Assembly (NCBI GenBank): GCA_017936565.1
Contig: JAGBFG010000025.1
Span: 9,347 to 73,346, forward strand
Source of the DNA: Clostridia bacterium
Lineage (GTDB): Bacteria; Bacillota; Clostridia; Oscillospirales; CAG-272
Length of the DNA stretch: 64,000 nucleotides
Direction: 5' to 3'
Position 1 is the stretch's first letter; each line of letters begins with the position of its first letter. Positions 47,968-56,937 of this stretch are shown here, piece by piece. The position numbers were made by a program, and so were the translations under genes. The notes under the pieces were generated by a model that was given only the letters and a program-made list of their open reading frames with translations, made no database searches and was not told the DNA's origin.

Positions 47968-48870
47968 ATGAAAAACAATTCCCAATCCGTTCTGAAAAAA
48001 ACGCTGACACAAATTTTTGAAAATCGCCTATGCCCTCACGCCCCCCTTTGCATAGAAACGGACGCAATGCCCAACCAAAAAGAAATTGAAGATATTATTT
48101 TAAGCTTGCACCGTATTCTGTTTCCCGGTTTTTTTGAGCACGAAACGCAAAAGGTTTTGTTAAGCGAGGACGATGTGGACCAACTTCTGTATCAAACCCA
48201 CCACCGCTTAAAAAGACAGATTGTCAAGGCGTTTTCTCTTTCCAAGGAAAAGGAAGAGAACATTGAAAAGAAGGCAGAAGACATCTGCAACGCTTTTTTT
48301 GAGGAACTGCCCGTTGTGCAAAGAAAGCTGCAACAGGACGCCGAGGCTGGCTTTGTCGGTGATCCCGCAGCATACAGCAAGGAAGAAATTATTTTCTGCT
48401 ATCCCGGATTTTACGCTATTTCCATTTATCGCATGGCGCATATTTTATATACGCAAGGGGTGCCTCTTATTCCCCGTATTATGACCGAGCACGCGCACAG
48501 TAAAACAGGAATTGACATCAATTCCGGTGCTGTTATTGGCGACCATTTCTTTATTGACCACGGCACAGGCGTCGTTATTGGAGAAACCTGTGTGATTGGC
48601 GACAATGTGAAAATTTATCAGGGTGTGACCTTGGGCGCTCTCTCGACCAGAGGCGGTCAGCAATTAGCAGGCGTCAGACGCCATCCTACTGTGGAGGACA
48701 ACGTAACCATTTACGCGGGAGCAACCATTTTAGGCGGTGAAACTGTCATTGGAGAAAACTCCGTCATTGGCGGTAACTGCTTTATCACCAAGCCCATTCC
48801 CAAGAACACCAAGGTTTTTGCCGCCTTACAGGAATTAACCTTAAAATCAGGAAATATCAACAAGGAATAA
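47968..48870 (+). CDS. cysE: Serine O-acetyltransferase
   Basis: GDPAA, YPG, TGIDI, FIDHGTGVVIGET, YQGVTLG, RHPT. Confidence 0.93.
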   Translation: MKNNSQSVLKKTLTQIFENRLCPHAPLCIETDAMPNQKEIEDIILSLHRILFPGFFEHETQKVLLSEDDVDQLLYQTHHRLKRQIVKAFSLSKEKEENIEKKAEDICNAFFEELPVVQRKLQQDAEAGFVGDPAAYSKEEIIFCYPGFYAISIYRMAHILYTQGVPLIPRIMTEHAHSKTGIDINSGAVIGDHFFIDHGTGVVIGETCVIGDNVKIYQGVTLGALSTRGGQQLAGVRRHPTVEDNVTIYAGATILGGETVIGENSVIGGNCFITKPIPKNTKVFAALQELTLKSGNINKE

Positions 48871-48876
48871 AGAAAA

Positions 48877-50049
48877 ATGCCGCAAAAAACAGTTAAGCTT
48901 TTTGACCTTGATGCCTATCAAACCGAATTTACCGCAGAGGTTTTATCCGTTGAAAAGACGAAGGACGGGTATCTGGCAGTATTGGACAGGACGCTGTTTT
49001 TCCCCGAGGAAGCAGGGCAAAGCTCGGATACGGGCTATTTAGACGATGCCGCTGTTTCAAGGGTCACTGTAAAGGACGGCGTCATTACCCATCATATTGA
49101 CAAGCCATTGTCCCCCTCAAAACAGGTTTTCGGGCGCATTGATTTCGCCAAGCGATACCGTAATATGCAAAATCACACGGGCGAGCATATTGTTTCGGGG
49201 CTTTTCAAAAAAGTTTTCGGTTTTGATAACTTCGGCTTTCATTTGGGAAGCGCTGACGTAACGATTGATATTATGGGAGAGCCCACTCGCCAAGACATTT
49301 TACAAATAGAAGCCCTTGCCAATCAAGCCATTTATGACAATATTCCGATACAAATTCATTATCCCACCCTTGAAGAAGCGCAAGGACTGAGCTACCGTTC
49401 CAAGATTGAAATTAAGGAAGACATACGTTTGGTTGAAATTCCCCAAATTGACCTTTGCGCCTGCTGCGCGCCCCATGTACGAAGGACGGGGGAAATCGGT
49501 ATGATTAAGCTCTTGGATTTCATACATTACAAGGGCGGCGTGCGTATTCATATGCATTGCGGAAGGGACGCCTTACACGACTATCACAAGCGGTACGAAG
49601 CGACAAGCCATATCGCCCAAGCCCTGTCCTTGAAGCAGGGGGAGCTGATTGAGGGCTTTGATAAATTTTATCAAAGCTATGAGGAAAGAGGCGCCGCCCT
49701 TTACGAATGGAAATGCGCCCTTGCCAGAGAAAAGGCAAAGGGAGTTACACAAAAAGTGGGCATCCTTCCCTTGTTTGTAGAAGAGAGCGACCCTGTATTT
49801 ATCAAGGAATTTGCGCTCTGTGCCAAGGAAAAGTCCGATTGCGGTGTTTGCGTTTGCTCGCGAAAAGGAAGCAATCAATATTCCTTTATATTAATCTTAA
49901 ATGAATTAGACGTATCGAAGCATTTACCCACTATTCTCTCTGCCCTTTCGGGCAAGGGCGGCGGAAGGGGAACGTCCGCACAAGGACAGTTCTCTGCTAC
50001 CGAGGAAGAAATTATTTCCTTTTTCTCCTCCTTCACACCCGTAAATTAA
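48877..50049 (+). CDS. Alanyl-tRNA editing protein (AlaX-like, with C-terminal DHHA1)
   Basis: FFPE.AGQ.SDTG, HxxxH (HTGEH), CxxxH (CCAPH), GKGGG. Confidence 0.88.
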   Translation: MPQKTVKLFDLDAYQTEFTAEVLSVEKTKDGYLAVLDRTLFFPEEAGQSSDTGYLDDAAVSRVTVKDGVITHHIDKPLSPSKQVFGRIDFAKRYRNMQNHTGEHIVSGLFKKVFGFDNFGFHLGSADVTIDIMGEPTRQDILQIEALANQAIYDNIPIQIHYPTLEEAQGLSYRSKIEIKEDIRLVEIPQIDLCACCAPHVRRTGEIGMIKLLDFIHYKGGVRIHMHCGRDALHDYHKRYEATSHIAQALSLKQGELIEGFDKFYQSYEERGAALYEWKCALAREKAKGVTQKVGILPLFVEESDPVFIKEFALCAKEKSDCGVCVCSRKGSNQYSFILILNELDVSKHLPTILSALSGKGGGRGTSAQGQFSATEEEIISFFSSFTPVN

Positions 50050-50067
50050 AAAAAGCCTTTGGCAATA

Positions 50068-50266
50068 GCGTGATACTCTTAACGGAGTATCACGCAGTCA
50101 AATCCACCTTGGGTGGATGAAATCGCTTCCGCGATGAAATCCTGCTTCGTAGGGTTGAAGTTAGACGAATTTGATTTCGTCCAAGGAAACACCTTGGATT
50201 TCATCTGAGCAAAGCGAAGATTTCATCTGTGGCCCTGCGTTGCAGAGCAACGCGCCACGATTTCTT
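50068..50266. repeat. Symmetric multi-hairpin palindromic element (GATGAAATC / GATTTCATC units)
   Basis: An 11-bp hairpin at 50068-50095, then three ATC..GAT hairpins joined by GAA (50102-50155) and three joined by TTC (50179-50264). Confidence 0.75.
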
Positions 50267-50279
50267 TTAACCAACAGAA

Positions 50280-50326
50280 AAAGAGCAAGCACACAAGATT
50301 TTTTATCTTGGCGTGTTTGCTCTTTC
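50280..50326. terminator. Bidirectional terminator-like hairpin
   Basis: AAAGAGCAAGCAC.CAAGAT-loop-ATCTTG.GTGTTTGCTCTTT. Confidence 0.7.
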
Positions 50327-50387
50327 TGCTTGTTGTAAGGTAAGGGTTTGGGCAAATGCGATGCTCGCACTTTATGAATAGAAAGCG

Positions 50388-51230
50388 TTATTTCGCCTGC
50401 TTCTCCAAGTCTTCCAAAACGTCAGCGGCGTGCTGCATATATTCCTCTTGCATCAGCTCAATGGTGCCTGTGTCACACATATTGGCGAGCTTGGTGTCAA
50501 TGGGCAGGCGCTCTAAAACAGGAAGCCCCTGAGAAAGAGCGAGTCGGTTCATACCCGTTTCACCGTAAATGGAAATCCTTTCGCCGCAATCGGGGCATAC
50601 CAAATAGCTCATATTCTCTATCATACCGAAAATACGAATATTCATCAGCTTTGCCATATTGACCGCTTTTTCCACAATCATAGAAACCAATTCCTGCGGC
50701 GTTCCTACGATGATAATGCCGTCAAGCGGCAAGGATTGGAACACCGTCAAGGGAACGTCACCCGTTCCGGGGGGCATATCCACGAACATATAATCCACGT
50801 CGTTCCATACTACATCGCTCCAAAACTGCTTCACAACGCCCGCAATCACAGGACCTCTCCACACAACAGGCTTGGCTTCCTCGTCAATCAGCAAATTCAC
50901 AGACATAATTTCAATGCCCGTTTTGCTTTTAGGGGGAATCATACCCGCTTCCGTTCCTGATACCTCTGCATCGGAAATACCGAAGGAGCGAGGAATAGAA
51001 GGACCTGTAATATCGGCATCTAAAATGGCGGCTTGGTATCCTCTTCTCTGCATCGCAACAGCCAGCATAGAAGCCACCATAGATTTTCCAACACCGCCCT
51101 TACCGCTGACAACGCCAATGACGTGCTTTACGCGGCTTTCGCTGTTCGGGGGGGCCAAAAGCGATTCCTTTTCTTCCCTGTCGGAGCACTTGCTTTGGCA
51201 GGTGCTGCAATCATGTGTACATTCACTCAT
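50388..51230 (-). CDS. Mrp/NBP35 (ApbC) Fe-S cluster carrier ATPase
   Basis: N-terminal CxxxCxxCxxxC, SGKGGVGKS, DADITGPS, WRGP, DMPPGTGD, ENMS..CPDC. Confidence 0.94.
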   Translation of the reverse strand: MSECTHDCSTCQSKCSDREEKESLLAPPNSESRVKHVIGVVSGKGGVGKSMVASMLAVAMQRRGYQAAILDADITGPSIPRSFGISDAEVSGTEAGMIPPKSKTGIEIMSVNLLIDEEAKPVVWRGPVIAGVVKQFWSDVVWNDVDYMFVDMPPGTGDVPLTVFQSLPLDGIIIVGTPQELVSMIVEKAVNMAKLMNIRIFGMIENMSYLVCPDCGERISIYGETGMNRLALSQGLPVLERLPIDTKLANMCDTGTIELMQEEYMQHAADVLEDLEKQAK

Positions 51231-53760
51231 AATATATCTCCTTGATTTTTATATGATTTTTGAAAAATAATTGAAAAAGCCTTTCAGCGATAGCAAAAAC
51301 GATAATCGGCAGCAAAACCCAAGAAACCAGCGCAAAGAGCGCCGATGCTCCGACAAAAACTTGACTTCCCCCTACTAAAACCAAGAGCCCTGCCAAAAGG
51401 ACGGTATAGAAAGGAAACGCCAAGGACGCAGCAGAGAGCTTTACGCGTGAAAAGGACAAAAGCGTCATATTCAAAAGCAAAAGCAACGAAACGGATACCA
51501 AAAGCTCGACTGAAAAAGGAAATACAGAGGGGTTTTTCATTCCGTACACCGCAATAGAGCCAAGCGCAAGAGCCGAAAAGAATGCCGCCGTAATCCAAGC
51601 GAAAATATGAGAAAGCAACTTTCCTTCTTCGCCGTTTGCTCCCTTAGAAAAATGCATAAATGCCAGGCAAAACACAACCGTCAAATCCACAGCGACCCCG
51701 AAAACACAAAGCAAAAGCGGGGAGAGGAGAAAGACGGAAAAGAAGGCACCGAAAAAGGCAATAGTGGTTCGCAACAGAAGCGATACGGACAAATAGAGTG
51801 TCAAGAGCGTGAAAGCGCCCGTCATATCCTTTGCGATGCTCTGTGCATAGAGAAGCCCATGGAGCGTTTTTTCGGTATGCACCTCTGCGCTGTCATAGAC
51901 AACCTCACTTGCCCGATTATCCTGTCCCAAAACAGCCGTGACAGCCGTTTGGGCGGCGCATAGCATACGGTGCTCCTCAAACTGCTCGCCGAATGCTGCC
52001 ACCGCATACCCAACAGCCCCAAGCGCTCGCGCGGTTCCTGCCTTTTGAACGGCATCTGCTCCGCACAAGAGCAGAAAGCTCCGTTTTTTGTCAGCGGCAA
52101 AAGCGGCGACCTTGGTTTCAAAGGCTTCATCGCTCCCTAAAACAATTTCAAACGCAAATTTTTTGGAAAAGGACAAAAGCAGCTCCTTGGCGTCAAAGCC
52201 GTTATACAGAATAACCGCTTTTTTTCCTTCCTTTTGTATTTTTTCAAGAAATTCAGAGGCGTCTTTATTGACCTTGGAGCCAATAATCAAAAGCCCGCAA
52301 AGCTTCATATCGCAGAAAGCGTCCGAATTAACGGCTTCCCCGTTCCGCCGCAGGACGTAGGAAGATTGGGCATACGCCACAACACGATACCCCTTTTCCT
52401 GATAGGCAACGATTTTCTTCAAAATATTTTCTTTTGTTTGCGCGTCTAACAGGTGTGTGCGCCCGTTTTCCTTGGCATACAGGGTATGTTTGAGCAAGGA
52501 TGCCGCATCTCCCCCTATCAGAGAAAAGGGCTTTTGCCCCGCGCCAAACAGGGAAACAACGGAAAAATCCTTTTTTTCACCAAAGGACAGCTGAGAAAAT
52601 GCCGTCACCCTTGGCAAAGTCTTTTGCGCGTAGGAAGCGAAAAAGTCCGAAATGCTTTTTTGCCCACCGCCACTGTTTTTTTCAATGGCGCAAAGACAGG
52701 TAGAAACAAAGGTTAATTCCTCGCTTCCCTTCTTTAAGGGCGTAACGGACCCTGTCCCATTGAGAAAAGCGTGAACAAAAGAGGATTCAGAGGAAAAAAG
52801 CAAGGATGTCGGGAATATAAAGCAGTCTGTATGAGCAAACCGATGCGCCTTTTCCAAGGAACGAATGCAAGCGTTCCTTTGACGCAAAAGCCGATTGTTT
52901 TTCAGATAAAAGATGGCTTCGCCCAAAAAATCTGCCCATTCAAGAGGAGAAAAGGCAAGCAAGGCGGCAACGCAAGAAAAGGCGGTTAAAATAGCGCCTG
53001 TATCCGCAAAAACGAAAAAGGAAAGGACAAACATACAAAAAGCAATGGTAAAGCAAATACGGAATACCATTTTTGCCGTTCCCGAAAGATTAGAGGGCAG
53101 CGTTTCTTTGATATGTCCTTGCCGAAGCTTCTCTTGCGTGGGGTCTAAGACAATAGCAAAGCACTTTCCCTGACGGATAACGTCTCCCTGCTTCAAAATG
53201 TTTTTAGGTGTTTCTTCCCCAAAGCATACCCCACCGCACTTTTGGAGTGTTTTATACTTTCCGTCCTTCTGTGTCCAAACGGCAATGGGCGTGGCTGAAA
53301 GCAGATAAGCGGTAAAGGGTAGTATACTTCCCTCTTCCAAAGCAAGCAAATCCCCGCAAACAATGTCTTCTTGGCGGATTTTTCTTTTTTTGCCGCTTCG
53401 CACAACCGTAACGGGCAAGCGCCCTTGCTCTTCCATTTGCTTGGAAACGGAAGAGGAAAACAGCCAAAGAAGAAACAAAATCAAAACAAAAGCGCCGTAT
53501 AAGGCAAGGGAAATCAAGGCATTTTTCTTATCCCCCGAGAGAAAGGAAAATAAAAAGGCGACCAAAAAGAGAAAGGGGGAAAAACGGCGAAAGAGTGTTC
53601 GAAAGAAGCCGCCAAGGGTATAAAAGCCGTCACGCTTCGGGCGTTTTTTCTTCTCATCCAGAAGGCGCAATTCAGCTTCTTTCTCTTCAAGCCCCACGGA
53701 TGATGAGGTCTTCAACAAATATTCCACTTGCTTTTCATCATACTCCGCATAACGCGTCAT
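51223..53760 (-). CDS. Degenerate (catalytically inactive) type II P-type ATPase homologue
   Basis: Retains the scaffold (GLEEKEAELRL, VVRSG..IVCGD, GYRVVAYA, N- and C-terminal TM bundles), but TGES, PEGL, DKTGT, TGD and GDGxND are all absent. Confidence 0.75.
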   Translation of the reverse strand: MTRYAEYDEKQVEYLLKTSSSVGLEEKEAELRLLDEKKKRPKRDGFYTLGGFFRTLFRRFSPFLFLVAFLFSFLSGDKKNALISLALYGAFVLILFLLWLFSSSVSKQMEEQGRLPVTVVRSGKKRKIRQEDIVCGDLLALEEGSILPFTAYLLSATPIAVWTQKDGKYKTLQKCGGVCFGEETPKNILKQGDVIRQGKCFAIVLDPTQEKLRQGHIKETLPSNLSGTAKMVFRICFTIAFCMFVLSFFVFADTGAILTAFSCVAALLAFSPLEWADFLGEAIFYLKNNRLLRQRNACIRSLEKAHRFAHTDCFIFPTSLLFSSESSFVHAFLNGTGSVTPLKKGSEELTFVSTCLCAIEKNSGGGQKSISDFFASYAQKTLPRVTAFSQLSFGEKKDFSVVSLFGAGQKPFSLIGGDAASLLKHTLYAKENGRTHLLDAQTKENILKKIVAYQEKGYRVVAYAQSSYVLRRNGEAVNSDAFCDMKLCGLLIIGSKVNKDASEFLEKIQKEGKKAVILYNGFDAKELLLSFSKKFAFEIVLGSDEAFETKVAAFAADKKRSFLLLCGADAVQKAGTARALGAVGYAVAAFGEQFEEHRMLCAAQTAVTAVLGQDNRASEVVYDSAEVHTEKTLHGLLYAQSIAKDMTGAFTLLTLYLSVSLLLRTTIAFFGAFFSVFLLSPLLLCVFGVAVDLTVVFCLAFMHFSKGANGEEGKLLSHIFAWITAAFFSALALGSIAVYGMKNPSVFPFSVELLVSVSLLLLLNMTLLSFSRVKLSAASLAFPFYTVLLAGLLVLVGGSQVFVGASALFALVSWVLLPIIVFAIAERLFQLFFKNHIKIKEIYYE

Positions 53761-53803
53761 TCATACCCCTCCTTTCTTTTGCTTTTACAAAAAAGCGGTT
53801 TTA

Positions 53804-56110
53804 TTACAAAGCAGAAACACAAAGCTTGCCGTCTTTGACGGTGACAGATGCCTTTGTCGGCTTGTCCTCGTAATGGGAAATAATGATTTGCGCAAGCCTG
53901 TCTTCAATTTCGGTTTGAATATAGCGGCGCATATTTCTGGCGCCGTATTTTTCTGAATAGGAAGCCTCCGCTATCAGCTTCAAGGCGTTTTCCGTTACGT
54001 TAAGAGAAATGCCGCGCTCGGCAAGAGCCGCTTTCAGCTTTTTGATTTGAATTTTAACAATGGAAACAAAATCGTCCACGCTTAAATGGCGGAAGGTTAT
54101 CACACCGTCCACACGGTTCAAAAATTCAGGGCGAAGGAAGGAAGACAGCGCGCGCATGGTTTTTTCCTCGTTAAGCTCTTCCTTTTTGGTGGAAAAGCCG
54201 GAAATAGCGGCAGAGGTCTCCGAGCCTGCGTTGGTGGTCATCACAATGACGGTGTTCTCAAAATTCACCTTTTTACCGTGGGCATCGGTTATCATTCCCT
54301 CATCCAAAATTTGCAATAAAATGTTCATCACGTCGGGATGCGCTTTTTCAATTTCGTCAAACAAAATGACAGAATAAGGACGGCGACGGATTTTCTCCGT
54401 CAGCTGCCCCGCGTCATCAAACCCAACGTAACCGGGAGGCGCGCCGATAATACGGGAAACGGCGTGCTTTTCCATATATTCGGACATATCCAGACGAATT
54501 AAGCTCTCCGGCTGGTTAAACAGGTCTTCTGCCAACGCCTTGACCAATTCGGTTTTACCGACACCCGTAGGTCCCGCGAAAATAAAGGATACGGGGGCGC
54601 GGTTATAGGAAATACCCGCCCTTTTGCGCTTCACAGCCCGCACAATAGCGGCAACCGCCTTGTCCTGACCTACGATTCGCTCTAAAAGTCTTTCCTCTAA
54701 ACCGTCCAAGCGCTTAAATTCGTCAGCGCTGATGGTATTGGCGGGAATGCCCGTCCAAATTTCAATCACATCGGCAATATCGTTTTCGGTCAGGCAAACC
54801 GCCTGACACAAGGCGTCAAGCCTTTCTAACGTCGCCTGCTGCTGCATTTCCTTGGACTTGATGTCGGCAAGCGCGCGATAGAGCTCTTCCTTTCCGCCTT
54901 CGCCCTCTTCTTCCTTTTCAAGCCTTGCGGTCAGCTCATCCTTACTCTTCGCCAAGGCTGCCATTTCAGCCGCCAACGCCTTTCTTTCATTCAGCTCACG
55001 GCAAGAAAGAGAGATATGAGCGGCAGCCTCATCCAAAAGGTCAATGGCTTTATCGGGCAAAAAGCGGTCTGTGATATACCGCTCTGACAAACGGACGGCG
55101 GCGACGATAGCCTCATCGGGAATTTTCACCCCGTGATACACCTCATAATATTTTTTAATGCCTCGCAAAATCTCAATGCTTTCGGCAATAGAGGGCTCTT
55201 TTACAACGACAGGCTGGAAGCGGCGCTCTAACGCGGAATCCTTTTCGATATACTTGCGGTATTCTTCCATAGTGGTAGCGCCGATAACCTGAATTTCACC
55301 TCTTGACAGGGCGGGCTTCAAAATGTTGGCGGCGTTCATACCGCCCTCAGCGTCACCCGCGCCTACGATGTTATGAATTTCATCAATCACCAGTATGGCG
55401 TTTTTAGCCGCCTTTACATCGTTGACAAGCCCTAAAACGCGCGATTCAAACTGACCGCGGAACTGCGTTCCTGCTACAAGAGCCGTCAGGTCCACGAGCC
55501 AAACCTCGCAATCCTTCAAGCGAAAGGGGACGTTACCCGCTACAATTCTCTGCGCCAGCGCCTCAGCGATGGCGGTTTTACCAACACCGGGGTCACCTAT
55601 AAGGCAGGGGTTGTTTTTTTGCCTTCTGCACAGAATCTGCACTACACGGTCAAGCTCTCTTTCTCTGCCGACAATGTTGTCAAGCTCGCCAAGAGCGGCT
55701 CTTTTGGTTAAATTACGGCAGTAGGCTTCCAAGTATTTATATTTGGGCTTCTCTACCTTTTCCTTTTTGCCTTGCTTGCCGTCCTTTGAGGAAGAGGGCG
55801 CCTGCCCCATTCCGCCCATCATTCCTTGCAGAATAGCGGGAATATTGATGGCGGGAGCGCCGCCCTCTTCTCCGTCAGCGTCAGGAAGTCCGCCTTCCAT
55901 AAGACCGCTCAATTCGTTAGACATAGCGTCAAAATCCTCTTCGCTCAGTCCCATTTTACTTAAAATATCGTTCACAGGACCAATGCCAAGCTCTTTGGCG
56001 CATTTGAGGCAAAAGCCTTCCTCAACTGTATTGTTGTTATCCATTCTCCGCATAAATACAACCGCTATGCGTTTATGACAACGAGAACACATGGGCATTC
56101 TACTTTCCAT
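53804..56110 (-). CDS. ATP-dependent Clp protease ATP-binding subunit, ClpE/ClpC-like, with N-terminal Zn finger
   Basis: CSRC...CLKC; two AAA+ modules (GDPGVGKT, IDEIH; GPTGVGKT, FDEIEKAH), PPGYVGF. Confidence 0.92.
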   Translation of the reverse strand: MESRMPMCSRCHKRIAVVFMRRMDNNNTVEEGFCLKCAKELGIGPVNDILSKMGLSEEDFDAMSNELSGLMEGGLPDADGEEGGAPAINIPAILQGMMGGMGQAPSSSKDGKQGKKEKVEKPKYKYLEAYCRNLTKRAALGELDNIVGRERELDRVVQILCRRQKNNPCLIGDPGVGKTAIAEALAQRIVAGNVPFRLKDCEVWLVDLTALVAGTQFRGQFESRVLGLVNDVKAAKNAILVIDEIHNIVGAGDAEGGMNAANILKPALSRGEIQVIGATTMEEYRKYIEKDSALERRFQPVVVKEPSIAESIEILRGIKKYYEVYHGVKIPDEAIVAAVRLSERYITDRFLPDKAIDLLDEAAAHISLSCRELNERKALAAEMAALAKSKDELTARLEKEEEGEGGKEELYRALADIKSKEMQQQATLERLDALCQAVCLTENDIADVIEIWTGIPANTISADEFKRLDGLEERLLERIVGQDKAVAAIVRAVKRKRAGISYNRAPVSFIFAGPTGVGKTELVKALAEDLFNQPESLIRLDMSEYMEKHAVSRIIGAPPGYVGFDDAGQLTEKIRRRPYSVILFDEIEKAHPDVMNILLQILDEGMITDAHGKKVNFENTVIVMTTNAGSETSAAISGFSTKKEELNEEKTMRALSSFLRPEFLNRVDGVITFRHLSVDDFVSIVKIQIKKLKAALAERGISLNVTENALKLIAEASYSEKYGARNMRRYIQTEIEDRLAQIIISHYEDKPTKASVTVKDGKLCVSAL

Positions 56111-56154
56111 TTAGTACCATTCCTTTTGCGTTTGAAAATCAATTATAGGGGTTT

Positions 56155-56910
56155 TTACGCTATCGGTTGCGCCGCGGCAAGAAAATTCTGGATAATCATT
56201 TGCAAAATCCAGCGGAAAGGACTTCCACTGTGGAAGAATTGCAAAAGACGGGCATTCTGATAATCAATGCCGCCAATAACCCCAAGCAGAGCAACGACCC
56301 CTTGGGCAACGACCCAAGCGACAATAAGACCGATAAGCAGGCCGATAACGCCGCCAAGCACGGTATTCAGCGTACCCAAAACAGGCAGGTGCGTCACAAT
56401 AGCGTTCAGGATTTTGCCTACAATAACTGCCGCAATCAATCCGACAATAAAGATAGCGATAAAGGCAAGAACCACCGAGGCTGCGCTTGAAACAGCATCG
56501 GAAACCGAGGTAATCATCTGCTCAACCGCTTCACTGCCCGACTGTACGGCGGTTTCTGCCATTTCATCGGTGTTCATACCAAAAATGTTCAAAAAGTCCT
56601 TTAATCCCTCTGGAACACTGCCGGACAGGCTCTCGCCCGATACCTCGCCAAGCCCTGCATCTGCCAGGCAGCTATGTATCGTTTCGGATACCTTGCCATA
56701 GACAAAAGTATGAACAAACCGCTCTTTGAGGAAGAGCCCCAAGGGCTTGCAAAAGCAGAATGCCAAAATGACGGCAATTATCATTTTGCAAAAACGGAAA
56801 ACAGTTTTGATTAATCCCGATTTCAATCCGATAATAAGCGGAATTAAAACAGAAATAACCATCACCAAGTCAAGTGCCAACGCAACAAAATCAAATCCTT
56901 CACCAAACAT
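56155..56910 (-). CDS. CvpA (colicin V production) family membrane protein
   Basis: LDLVMV...GLKSGLI at the N-terminus; LNTVLGGVIGLLIG at the C-terminus. Confidence 0.8.
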   Translation of the reverse strand: MFGEGFDFVALALDLVMVISVLIPLIIGLKSGLIKTVFRFCKMIIAVILAFCFCKPLGLFLKERFVHTFVYGKVSETIHSCLADAGLGEVSGESLSGSVPEGLKDFLNIFGMNTDEMAETAVQSGSEAVEQMITSVSDAVSSAASVVLAFIAIFIVGLIAAVIVGKILNAIVTHLPVLGTLNTVLGGVIGLLIGLIVAWVVAQGVVALLGVIGGIDYQNARLLQFFHSGSPFRWILQMIIQNFLAAAQPIA

Positions 56911-56937
56911 TTTTTCTGTCCTTTCACTATAAAAAAT

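Noticed and set aside
50097-50266. CRISPR array, or the 69-aa ORF at 50161-50370
   Set aside because: The constant units are only 9 nt, they invert halfway, the 'spacers' are self-complementary and of variable length, and there are no cas genes. The ORF is a by-product of the palindromes.
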